Assembly (NCBI GenBank): GCA_025594325.1
Contig: JANHCV010000013.1
Span: 868,001-932,000, forward strand
DNA: 64,000 nt
From: Blastocladiella emersonii ATCC 22665
Taxonomy: Eukaryota > Fungi > Blastocladiomycota
Reading direction: 5' to 3'
In this document: positions 21,950 through 33,705 of the stretch, piece after piece
Numbering within the stretch: position 1 is the stretch's first letter
How the letters are laid out: every line of letters begins with the position of its first letter
The notes under the pieces: generated by a model
Told to the model about the DNA's origin: nothing
The model's database searches: none
What the model saw: the letters and a program-made list of their open reading frames with translations, nothing else
Position numbers and translations under genes: made by a program

Positions 21950-24900
21950 AGCCAGCACGCGACCCGCGCTGCACCCGCCGCGGCCGGACCCGAGCACCGA
22001 CCGATCCACCGCACACACGCGACCTAACCGTTCCCGCAGAACCCGCGCGGGCGGCGCGCAACTTTTCACGGCGCCCGCGCGGATGCTGCGCTTACGTTCG
22101 TCGCACATGTGCGGGTTCAAGTCAGAGTACCAGGCCGGCGGTGCGTCGCGACGCCCGAGTGCGGGTCCGGTCGAAACCTGTGGATGGCGGTGAGTTACGT
22201 GACCGACGCGGGAAGTGTCACTGCTGAGCTCTCATACATGCGCGAAACGGCGGTGGCCAGCACGAGAGGATAAGGTGGAGTGGGGTCATGAGATTGACGC
22301 CTAGAAACGTTCGAAAGCGCGGTGAGCGACGCGAGGCGCGCGGTTAGCGCCTGCACATGCACTGGCGGCATCACATCCGCGTACCGTTCCATCTGAGTCA
22401 AGCGCTCCGAGGCTCCGTGCAATCGAAACCCTCCCTGCGCATTTGCGCCGATTTTATATCGCGGTCTCCAGCAACGCGCTGACAGGTGAAATGTGACCTT
22501 GTCGAGTGTCCACATCCAAGTGCTCGAGCATTAAAAGGGCGCGCGGGCTGTGTGCCAAACGTCACCAGATTGTGGTAGAGCAAGCGCGCAGACCTTCAAG
22601 CACGCGCGCAGAGGAGGAAGTGAGTGTGCAGCTCATGAGTGGACTCGAGTGCGGGACTTCACTCACGTCTCAGGAAGCGTCGGAGAAGCGTGTTGCATGA
22701 AGTCTAAGGGACAACGCCGTAACATGGGATGAGGTGTAAGAGAGCGTGAGGGGGATGCAGGCCGGCCAGCTCACAAAGCGGCAAGACGGGTTCATCAACA
22801 CGTGATGCAAAATCACGCGTTGATCTTCTCACCTGCGAGCTCCGCGGGTAGCGGCGAGAGTACATCGGCCTGAATCCATGGCAATCACGATGAAGCGACA
22901 ATCGCAACCAGCGTCTCGAAGTTGGAGCCCGTGACGATCGTCACCGCACGTGAGCGGCGCGGCGCGTCTGTCGCCCCATAAGCTGGTTCGGCCGACCGAT
23001 GGACGCGCGCGCCCTACATTCGCCACACATAAGTGTTGTAGATCGGTAGTGCTTCGCAAACCGTGATGTCTATATTGCTCCGTGTGAGAGAGCGACTCCA
23101 ACCCGCCATCAACGTGAGCGAGCGCGCGACCCCGCACTCCATCCGCCCTCGACATAACCAAAGCACCAGTGGTCGCACCGCATTCCCACTCGGCCAGACC
23201 GGAGCACCGACCGACCAACCACACACGCGGGACGCGATTGTTTCCACAGCATCCGCGCGAGCGGCGCGCAGCTTTTCACGGCGCCCGCGCGGGTGCTGCG
23301 CTTACTAGCGTCGCGCGTGTGCGGGTGCAGGTCAAAGTACTCGGACGGCGGTGCGTTGCGGCGAGGGCATGGGAGAGAAGCGCTAACCAGCACTCACACA
23401 TGCAGAATGCGATGTCGTCCGTCACGAGATGGAAAAGTACCGATCCTTGCCCAACTTACCATCTTGAACTATTTGGAGGCGCCTCTAACGACACTCGCAG
23501 GCGTACAGTCAGCGTCCACGATCTAGACGGCGGCGCCGCGGTCACATACTTGCTGAGTGTGGACCACAAGTTTTCCTGTGGACCTGGTCATAGTTGCGGT
23601 CCTCAAACTTGCGCGGATGACTTGGAACCGCGCCCAGCAGCGCGCGCACGTGCAGGCAGGCAGTTCCCCGCCGAGGTACTCATTCCACAGCGTGCACGAA
23701 ACGCGTTGGTGCCGACCTTGAGTTTGGAGAATCATTCGGGTTTGGTCGACTTGTCGGATCGGCACTTGAACGCGCGCGCGCGTGGAGTGAGTGCGCGGGC
23801 ACGACCGACCTCGTTGCACGGACAACACTCACGTCTCGGCTACCATGTGAAAAATGAATTGCAAGAAGTCTAAGGGCCGACGACGTTACATGAGATGCGA
23901 TGGAGGAGAGCGTGGAGGCGGCGCACGCGACCGCGAAGAAGCGAAAGCCGTGCGAGATCGCCCGGGTTCATCAACACGTGATCCAACATCACGCGCTGAT
24001 TTCTTCGCCTCGCTGAACGCGAATTTGGCGGATGAAATCGAAAAGGCACGAGCTGGAATGGATCGAATCTAATCGTGGAGAGGTGAAGAGGGGGAGCCGC
24101 AAATGGCGGATGAGCGTCGCTGTTTCGCGCAGTCAAAGCTTGCTACAGGCTCTCGGATGACCTCTCAGGAGACTATTTGCTGAGTTCAGACTTCTTATAC
24201 TACAGGATACTCGTCAAGAAAACAAGCGTTTCGGATCGCGCTCGTACCTGCTGGTCGTCATCGCACGTGTGTGGCGCGACGCGTCCATCGCCGGGTCAAC
24301 GAGCTTTTCCGGCACACCGGTGCACCTCGAAGGCGATCTGGGCCTGGATTCAGCTTCTGTACACGAGAGCTATCACCATGGACTGATGTTGCTACGCGCA
24401 ATTTAAGCTATCTGTATTCCTCAGTCCAAACGACCCCAACCCCCCACCATGCGCCGCTCTCGCTGGCCCGAACGGCTTCGCGTGTCCGCGCCATGCTCGC
24501 ACGATACGGGACCAGAGCATCGACCAGCTCTATAGCACACGCGTGTCATGATTGTTCACGCAGCACCCGCGCGGGCGGCGCGCAGTTTTTCACGGCGTCC
24601 GCGCGGGTGCTGCGCGAAATCACGTTGCCCGTGTGCGGGTACAGATCAAAGTGTTCTGGTGGCGGTGCGCAACGGTCCTTTCGACGCGGCGGGAATGACC
24701 AGGTATTGGGTGCGAGGGATCTCGATCTATAGCAACCAGGTCACGCAACAATTACGCCGTGTCGAGCTCAAGCCGTCGTTGCCAGTAGCGTCGAGTCTTT
24801 GTCGGTCTTGGGCGGAAGGGAGTCGGTGTTCTTGCACGGAGATCCGTGAATGGTTTAAGGAGGGCCCGAGGGACAGTCGTTGGACGGTTTCGACGACGGG

Positions 24901-26310
24901 CACAGCGGGAGGTTACACGTCGGCTGCGAGAAGAGTGGTCAAGTCGAGCGCACGCGCGCAATCAGCATCGTAACAGTGACTAAAACGCGATAGCGCACCT
25001 TGTCGCGACTTGTTCAACATCCGTGTGCGCCGACGAAAACAAGTTCTTCACGGACATAGCGAAGCGCATGCATGCCACGCGAACTGGCATAAACATTACT
25101 CGCGTGCCACTCTTTTCTTCACCTGACCATACACACGTGTTTGACATGCCCGGACGGGGATTGTGCGGAAAGTGCGCGATAAACTGAACTCAACGCGACG
25201 CCGCGCTTGAACAGGCTCTGATGACGCGCAGGTCATGAGCGTGGGGTTGCAGTCGAATACGAGTAAGCAAGCGGTACTCATATCACGAAGGACGTCATAA
25301 GTATATGTTGCACTAGGTCTAGAGGCAATGGCCGTTACATGGGGATGTATTGGAGGAGACCATGTAAGCGGTGCGCAACTGCTCGCGTCAAGCTGCTGCG
25401 GCGGAACGCTTCAGCTCTTCGACACGTGTCAGCGATTACCTTTTTCTGACTCGCTCAGTTAATGGCGACGCCCAAGTGCGGGTTCCAGCCGAAGCGCCCA
25501 GCTGCCGGTGCGTCACAACTGGATAGTGAACGCGTGGTGCGCTCGGCAGGACGTGGACATTGTCGGTGAGAGAACCGTTGCCGTGCGATTCGACTGGATG
25601 TGCGCGAGTGAAGATAGCAGTTCCAGGCGGTAAAGTGATTCGAGGATTTTGTCTAGGGAATTGACCCAAGTGTCGTATAGGAAACGTGCGACGCGGCAAA
25701 GTTGACACGGCGAACGTGGTTCACGCGGATCGAGCGATCTAGGATTACGACAAGAAACTCGACTAGGGGCAGTTAAATGTCGTGTTGAGACGTAGCAGGC
25801 ACTTGGTCAGCGTCCAGGCTCAATTGAGCGAGTGAGACGTAGGATAATCGCGTACCTGCGCGCATGAATCACACTGCATTCCCCGTCGAAAGAAATCCAG
25901 AATTTCCCCTTCGAAACGTGTACACAGTACCGCAGATCAATTTCAACACGCTTGCGAAGGATCGTCCAGACCAAGAATAGGCGAGCGCAGGTCCAGCAAG
26001 CGCCGCAAGGAAGTGATTTTACAAGCGACGACGCTTGTGGGTGGGACACGCGCACGAAGGGAAGTTGAGTGCGTGCTCGCGAACAGCCTCGAGGAGGAGG
26101 CGGCACGCACGTCATGGCAGCCGTTAAAAACGCATAATGCAAGAAGTCTAAGGGTGGGGAAAGCTTCATGGAGTGCGTTGGGGAGAGCGTGAACGCGGCG
26201 CGAGACCGTTGGCGTCAAGGCGGCGGCAGCGGAATCAGCCGAGTTCATCAACACGTGATGAAAAATCCTGGCTGAAACGTGGCGCTGCGCGTCCGCGCAC
26301 ACTCATGAGA
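21950..26310 (-). repeat. Three degenerate tandem copies of an unidentified gene-like unit (starts near 22850, 24050 and 26300)
   Basis: Shared blocks: TTCATCAACACGTGAT (~22790, ~23967, ~26244), GAAGTCTAAGGG (~22699, ~23865, ~26143), and a ~110-bp block at ~22036, ~23247 and ~24560. Minus-strand translations HHVLMN...LRLLA and APP...DL.PH...RS.RA.AVK.CAPPARVL are conserved but broken by stops and frameshifts. Confidence 0.7.
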
Positions 26311-26420
26311 CCACCAGCAAACTCGGTCCGCTCTGTATGAGTGACCGAGTCGCAAGCGGAACACGAAGCTCACAACTTCAATGTATCAAAAAAAGTCCCG
26401 CTGCAAGCGTGGAATCACTT

Positions 26421-27687
26421 TCAAATGTCCGTGCCCTGAGGCTGCCGCTCTTCGAGCCCCGACTCGCGCCACCACTGCGCAATGCGACGGAACCCAAGCT
26501 CCTCGGAAAACTCCTGCGCGCATCGAACGTGGTGGCGTCCTAGCTGAAGCGAGACACCCGAGTCGAGCCACCACCAGAGTCGCGCGAGGACCTCCTCCTC
26601 GTCATCGCCTTCTTCAACAATGGACCATCCAAGCGGGCAGTAGGTTTGCGAGGAACCAGTCAAGGACCGAGATCCGATTCCACTTGCTCGCGTAGCCGAT
26701 CATGTAGGCCCAGAAACCCGATCGGCCCCAGTCGTTGTCGGCGAAGTGGTCGTAGTCAAAGTCGTACTCGCCCGTGTCAGCGTTGCTCTGGATCGAGTCC
26801 ACGCCGTAGAGTTCGCTCTCGTACTTCGGCTCGGAAACGTAATCAAGGAGGTCTTCTTCGACATTTTGGCGGATCCAGTCGATCAACGCAACCTGCTCCA
26901 GTTCAATGGCAGACTTGATATGCTCGGTCCAGTCCGCCGTCTCCAGCTCCATCTCCCACGGTAGCCAGTCGCCGCACTCGTCGAGCACCTTGGCGCTGCC
27001 GTGTTGGAATGCGAGATTGACGAGATAAGTCTTGAAGTCGCCATGGAGGCACGCAGGAAAGTCGATCGACTCGCAGCTGCCGCAATGACGGATGAGCCAC
27101 TTGAGCACGTCCGGATCGTCGCGCTTGATGGCGTCCTCGAACAAGTCGTCTGAGAAATCGAGTTCGAGCTCGGCCGCCTCCCACCAATCGAGCACATCAA
27201 TGAGACCCGCCTTTGCGGGTCGATTGATAGCCGCCTCGGTGTAATCGTTGTCCAAGCCATGGTCGAACAGCCACTGTAAGACGCCGATCTGGCCGTGCGC
27301 CGAAGCGAGATCCATGTACAGATAGTTGGACGGAACTTTGCGATCCGACTTGAGCAACTCATCAAGCAGGTCGACTCGGCCAGTGACGCACAGGCATGCA
27401 AAGTAGAAGGACGCTTCCGTGAGATCAGACAGCGGTAGGGATCGGCGGCGTTCAATCAGCTCGTCCAGGACGTCAATATGCCCAGAGTCGAGTGCTTCCC
27501 AGAAGCGCTTGTGAAGGGAGTGGGCGAAGACGATGCGGCGGAGACTCGATAGACCGGGGACGACGCGAAGGAGCGGGACGGGGTCAATGCCCGTCACGTC
27601 GCTCAGGACGACGAAAGCGAGGATCTGCTCAATGAGCTCGGCCGGTAAAAGTTGCATGGAGTGTGATTTGTTCATTTCGTGCTCCAT
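26421..27687 (-). pseudogene. F-box-like plus ankyrin-like repeat paralog of 8749-10074, frameshifted near the 3' end
   Basis: MQLLPAELIEQIL, YMDLASAHGQIGVLQWL and IKRDDPDVLKWL align by eye with the 8749 protein. The C-terminal GDDEEEVLARL...ELGFRRIAQWWRESG lies in another frame after ~26620. Confidence 0.75.
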
Positions 27688-28021
27688 GGCAGCCAGGTCG
27701 TTGGGTGGGGAGCTGCAGCATCGATCGACGACGCGTCAGAGCAAGTGGCGCTCGCTCTCGCGGGCGCGCAACGAGGCAGCCGACCCGCCCCGCTCGCTCA
27801 AACGCCCTGCTTCCAACCTCCCGGGAGCGATCGTGCGCTGGATCGACAGCGAGAGACACGACAACTCGACGCGTTTCGATATCGCGTGATCTATGCGAGG
27901 GCTGCGGTGGAGGAGGCGCTGCAAGCAACGGCGCGGCCAAGCGCCACCTTCGCGGCTGCCCAACAGCTCTGCTCCCCCTGCAGTGCGACAGCCATGAAAA
28001 CGAATGAAGTAACTTGGCGCA

Positions 28022-31000
28022 ATGAGTAAGTCACCCATGTTCTCGCCGCCTCAGACGAGCGCAACGCTTCTCATCGCCGACGGCCTGGAACGCTTCCCGC
28101 CCTTCCGCGACTCGTATGCCGAGGACCTGTTTCTCTACCACGATGCCACGATTGCCGACCGCGGGCTCAGCGCACTCTCATGTGGCTTCCACGACCTGCG
28201 ATCGGTCGCCTTCACGCTCGCCGAGGCCGAGCGCAAGCGCTCCCGTGCCGCCATGTCGTTCGTGCTCAACGACCTGCGCCCCGAACGGATTGCTCGCGCG
28301 CTTATGGTTCTTCATGCTCTCAACCAGTCTTCGCTTGATCGCAACACACTCGACCGCTTCATCGGCCAGCTCTGGTTTTCGGAGCTGCTTGAGGCCGATG
28401 CGCTTGCTTTCTGGATCACGCAGATGCGTGATTGTATCGACTTCGACTGGCTCTCGTCTACTTCCAAAGTCCGTGTCCTCAACGACCACACGCTCAAAGG
28501 CATTCGCGTCTGCTGGGAGCAGTGGCTCGATCGGAGCGAGGGCCCGCCCTTGTCGACCGAACGTGCCGCCAAGGCGCGCGACGGCCTCATGCGCTCACCG
28601 TTGTCGGACTACCCTTCGCTCGCCGATGACGAGGAGTTCGATGCGGGCAGCGATTGGGACGCCACGACCGTCGGCGAGGTCGAGACGCGACGTGCCGCTT
28701 CCGCCGTCTTTATGGATAGCGAGGAGGTGGTCGGACGGTCCAAGGTCGCACGCACGCGCTGCGAGCTCGACCGGCTTGTCGCGCACGGAACCGTTTTTCA
28801 CGCAGCGACCCGCGACGCTTCGCTCGCTGTTGTCAACCCGACCTTCACTGGCTTCGAAGCCGACTTGCCAGGTCCAAGTTCGGCGGTGCTGATAACTGGC
28901 TTCTTTGTCGATCCGAGCCGCGACAGTCTCGAGCGAGCGATGCTGGATCAGCTCCAGGACTGGCTTCGCGCACTCGAGCGTGTCATTGCTCCCGCTTCGC
29001 GCCATCGCATCTCGTTCATTCTTGGACATGCTGTGGCTGTTCTGGAACAGCTCGCGGCCGACCCCCAGCAGCGCTTCGATATCATCGACACGTCGACGCT
29101 CATCGACTCGTGCGGCCTGCTCAACCTCGTCCTGCACGCCTCGTTCATCCTCAAGTACAACCACCCGACCGCGGGCGACAAATCGATTCTGCGCGCGGCC
29201 TCGAACAAACACGTCGCGCCGGCTTCGACCATCGATCAATTCGTCATTGAGTCAACGAATGTCTTGCCCGAATGGTTCCCGGTGCTTTTCAGCTTGACGC
29301 TTTACGGCCACACCAACCCCGCGAACGATCCTTGGCTTGCCCGCGTTCAGCCCTTTGCCCCTGCCGCTCACGAGTCGTCGCGCACCATGCCTTACCGCCG
29401 CCTCACCTTTTGTAAGGCAGCGACGCCCACGTTGACAGTGTCGCTTCGGAATGCGGTCGGGTTCGTTGATGTGATCCGCCATATCATCGAGCGCCAGAAT
29501 CGCGCGCCCGCTTCGAGCAAGTACTCGCACAGTACGCTAGCTTTGATTGTTCTCGCGCATCTTCCTGAGCTCACCTCCGTCCCGTCCCAAATGTAGCTGG
29601 TACTTTTCCGACGCCTTCTTTCATCTTCAAACTGCTTGGCTACGGTTTTGCCGCGCGCAAGTTCGTCTTCGGCGCCGCCGACCCGTGCACGAAGCTTCCG
29701 TGGTCCGACTTTGGTCTTGGTGAGCCTTGGCTTTCGCAGCTCGAGCTGGGCGCCGCGCGCGAGAATCTCTCGGAGCGGTCCCTCTACGCACGCATCTACG
29801 GCTTCTCGAGCGGGCCCCGTGACGACCTGCCGCGCGCGCACCTCGTCCAGGCGACGTTTACGCTTCTCCATCCTGAATCCCTGCCGCCCGCTTCCGCCAT
29901 CCACGTTCTCGTCGAGTCTGGCGGCACGACCGCGCAGTACCACAGCCTGACCACCGCTTTCGACCGCGCGAACGGCGTCGTCCACGTCGGCTGGTACATG
30001 GCGCCGTACGACGAGTGCGTGCCCGGGACCTGGGTCTCGCTGCACGCCGTCCCCGCGCTCCTGCCCCGCGACGCGTTCCCCTTCACGAAACCCGTTCTTA
30101 TCAGCGACCGCGTCCGCCTGCGCAGCTTGGTCAACGTGAAGAACGACACGGAGAAATTCGTCACCGTCACGCACGTGCAGGTGACCGACCTGCAGGCCGG
30201 GCTCCGCGGCGTCATGGCGTCCGCCGCCGCTGCCGCGATGGCGCAGCCGCGCGATCCGGCGTGGTACCTTCCCGTCCTGCACGCGACCGAGACGTTCGAC
30301 GAAATACGAGTGTACTACGAGCCGCACTTCCGCGGCCAGAAACTCAAGCTTGAAATTGTGCCCGAGGCCGAGCTCGCGCAGTACGGCGGCGCGATTGCCG
30401 TGCGCGTCAACGGCAAGGTCCAGACGGCGACGCTTTGGGGGCCGGGTCGCGTCACCGAGATCCGCTCGTTCCCGCACATGATTATCGTGTTTGTCGAGCG
30501 CATTCCGCTTGCCGTCGTGCCCAAGCTTGGGGTTCCGCCGCTCGTGCCGCGGTTCGCGTTGCCTTCGGCGGGCGCGAATACTGCGCTCGTGTCCTCGCGC
30601 TTCTTCGACGCGGCTGCTTTCCAGCGGTTCCGCGAGCTGTCACTGGCTGCCGAGTGGGATGCGAATTCCTCCAACGCGTCGAACCGTCCCCGCAGCGACA
30701 CTGGCGCCGCGCTCATGCAATTCTTCGAGCAGGTCTACGCGGCGGCCCAAATCGGTGGCTACGACACGTCCATCACCGTTTTGGCCAACGCCAAAGGCCT
30801 GGACGATCGACTTGGAATGATTGTCATCGACGGCACCCTTGTGGCCTCGCCCCAGGGCAAGTGCTTTGGCGTCACGCCGCTCGTCACTGCGAGCTTCCAC
30901 CAGTTTACGCCGCTTCGCGCGGGCTTCACGAAGCGGTCCTCGGCCAAAACCGGCGGCAAGGACAACCGCCCTCCCTTGAGCGAGGATGTCATCCAGATCA

Positions 31001-31188
31001 AGTGGCCGCACGATGATGTGAGCGCGCTTCGCGAGTACCTTGACTTCTGCGAGACCGCGCTTGTGAAGACGGACGAGACTGACGCCCTCATGGCGCCGAC
31101 GCTTTTCGTTGACGGGCAGCTCAGGCGCGGGCTGCTCGTGCCGCCGTATTTGATTGATTCTGTCGGCGGTGATGCGACTGAGGAATAG
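28022..31188 (+). CDS. DUF4470-family large protein, copy 2 (appears intact, ~1033 aa)
   Basis: Motifs LSCGFHDLRSV, FVLNDLRPERIARALMVLH, FIGQLWFSELL and FDIIDTSTLIDSCGLLNLV. Intron 29532-29596 (GTACGC...ATGTAG) joins the exons into one frame. Confidence 0.85.
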
Positions 31189-31280
31189 ATTTTGTTCAGT
31201 TCTTCGTATTGTTCATCGTAACGAAGCCTTGTCGCTTGACTCTCCGCGCCCTGTCCAAAAATCATGCTCATTGAAAGGGA

Positions 31281-31364
31281 GAGGTGCCGCGTCAAGAGTG
31301 GGCGAAAAGTGAGGTGCCGCTTCAAAAGTGGGCGAAAGATGAGGTGCTGTGTAAAGAGTGGGCG
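31281..31364 (+). repeat. 30-bp tandem repeat, 3 degenerate copies
   Basis: GAGGTGCCGC.TCAA.AGTGGGCGAAA..T units start at 31281, 31311 and 31341. Confidence 0.85.
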
Positions 31365-31369
31365 GCGCG

Positions 31370-31760
31370 GTGGCCCAGAAGCTGTTGCGTTCGAACACGT
31401 CGACACGCTCTCGCCGCGCAAGTTTTAGCTCGGAACGTCTTGACGCAAATTGCAGCAAAATTACACGCGGGCGGCGGGGGTCGCGGTGAACACGGACGAG
31501 TTTACGGTGATCTTCAAGGAGGGTCGTTTACCACCGGCGTGCTTCGTGATGCTCGCGTCGCTGGTGTGTGGCGCAACTACGCGTTGCGCCACTCATGTGA
31601 TCCCCCGTGTGGCGATCAACGGCGCGCGACAGCTCGGGGTTCGCAATGTAAGGAGGCGATAACCACGTGCGGTGCGCACCATACGCGGACGGTGTTCACT
31701 CCTGCGGTGCAGCGGTGCGGTGTGGTGCGGTGCAACGTTTGGAGGCGCTGGGTGCAAACG
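31370..31760 (+). pseudogene. Possible decayed SET-domain fragment
   Basis: Frame of ORF 31284 reads GRVYGDL...RDARVAGVWRNYALRHSCDPPC...KEAITT...RCGVVRC, resembling SET EY.GE / DA...GN..RF.NHSC.PNC / GEE.T / post-SET C.CG...C with many substitutions. Confidence 0.3.
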
Positions 31761-31818
31761 AGGCTTCAACCCCCGCTTCCGCTCCCGACGCTTGTTGACG
31801 TCAACACCATCTGTAACC

Positions 31819-33418
31819 ATGAAACTACACACAAGAGACGACGCAACGCCAAACCGATCGGCGGAATGGGGCAACATGCACGGCAACCGCAACGGCTGCG
31901 ATTCGAACATAGCAGCTGATCCAGAGGACTTCAAGGCGGCGCCGCTTTCTACTATACTGCGTCGCCAGTCCGACCAGTGTTCCTCTCTCGAGCAATCGAA
32001 TCACCCGTGTGACGCTGATGCCTGGAAGGACTTGGGCAATCTGCTGCTCCAGGGCTGCTTCGGCCTTCCCGCCCGATCAAAGTCGTCCGTCCTTTTCGTC
32101 TGCTCTCCCAAAAACGACGGAGCTGCTCCTTTGTCCAAGTTTTTGCGACCGGAGTGCCTGTGTGACTCTGGCGCGCCCTGGACCCAGCACCTTCAAACCG
32201 AGACCGGTTTCCTTCAAGGTTGTCTGTTGACGGATTCCAAGTCATCGCCTACTCTCAAGGCGTGCGGCTGGACGTCCAGCTTCAGCCAGACTTGCACCAC
32301 GCCGTTGAACGACAACTTTGCGCTGTTCACGGTTGCTCGCAATCTCTTGGCCAAGGTCACCCCCAACACCGCTTCTCCGTCCAAAGTCAGTTCCTCGTTG
32401 TCTTCGGACGAAGCTTCAAAAGCTTCAAGCTCGAGATCGGGGGCAGTTTTTCCTTCCGGTCCAACTGCGACTCTGCCCGCTATCGCGGCTTCGACGACGG
32501 CTTCAGACGGCGCTTCAAGCATCCCGCTTGTCTCGACCTTGGCTGTTGTGGGCGGCGCTCTCGGATTCATTGCGGTATGCGTCTCACGCCTGCTCCACGA
32601 TCGAGTCAACTAACGTTTAACGTCTTCGGTAGCTCGTTGGTCTCGTCCTTGCTGTTCGGGCACGCCGAGACAAGTCTCACCTCGATGCCTCCCACGTCTC
32701 AAAGCCTCTCATGGTTGAGTCCACGCGCGGGGCGCCGACTGACAACCACGTTGCCGTCAACATTTCCGCGCCTCCGGTCCTCGCGCCTTTGATGGCTTCC
32801 CCTACCCTCTCCACCAAGTCGCTCCCGCCGCCGACGTACTTCTCGGTCCTCCCTCTTGCGAGTATCTTTGCACCCGCCTCTGCCGACACGAAGCAGTCGT
32901 CTTCTGGCGACCTGCTTGACGAATGCTCGCTTCAAACCCTCGCCGATGAGTGGGAGTCGCTCTTCATGCAGCTCGAGCATGCCGCAGCGCGCTCGCTTGC
33001 CCCGACCGCGGCGCCGCCCAACGTGCGGTCGGCCGACAAAGCCCTGCTGCTCATGTCCGAGTTCCGCTCGCGCCGCGCCCGCCACGTTGCCGAGCTGGCG
33101 ACCGCGATTTGGACGGACCTCGAGACCCAGTCGAGCTGTGCAGTTATTGACCGAGAACTTTCCGAGATTGCCGACGCGATGCGCCAGGTCCTCACCCGGC
33201 TGCACGCGCGCTACCCGTCCATCGCGCTGATTCGGCTCGGATCCGGCGAGCCGCTATGCGAGCTTCCGGCGACAGCGTACAACGTGTACTTTGACGCGAC
33301 CGAGTCGACTTCCGCCCAAGCAGCCGCGAAGCAGGTCGTCGTCGGCTGCGTTTACCCCGGCTGGTTCGACGCGCGCGCTGGGCAGGTCGTTATCGCGCCC
33401 CGCGTCGTTGTCGAGTAG
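31819..33418 (+). CDS. Single-pass receptor-like membrane protein: Cys-rich ectodomain, Ser-rich stalk, TM helix, cytoplasmic helical region and GrpE-like beta tail
   Basis: Intron 32575-32632 joins LVSTLAVVGGALGFIA to LVGLVLAVRARR (TM helix plus basic stop-transfer). Ends VVVGCVYPGWFDARAGQVVIAPRVVVE*. Start and signal peptide are uncertain. Confidence 0.6.
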
Positions 33419-33705
33419 CGGCGCGCATTTTTTCGAATTTTGTTTTGTTCGCCCATGTTCAATTTTAGTTACATTAGTTTGCTCCAAAGCATGTTGTTCA
33501 GTTACTACTCAAAGTCGATGAGCAGGCTGACGCGCTGCGCCACTCACGTGCGTTTGAGTAACGCGTCGGAGCCCAAGCAGGAAAATTGCCACCATGCCGC
33601 CGACCCGAAAACGCGATGAATAACAACCTCGAGCTTAAATTTCAAAAGCACGGCACTGGAGGACGTAATAACGAGGCATTTGTATATCGGCTTACCAGCA
33701 CTTCG

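Noticed and set aside
22100-22130. GGTTCAAGTC resembling a tRNA/Pol III B-box
   Set aside because: Not conserved in the other two copies; no A-box or cloverleaf.
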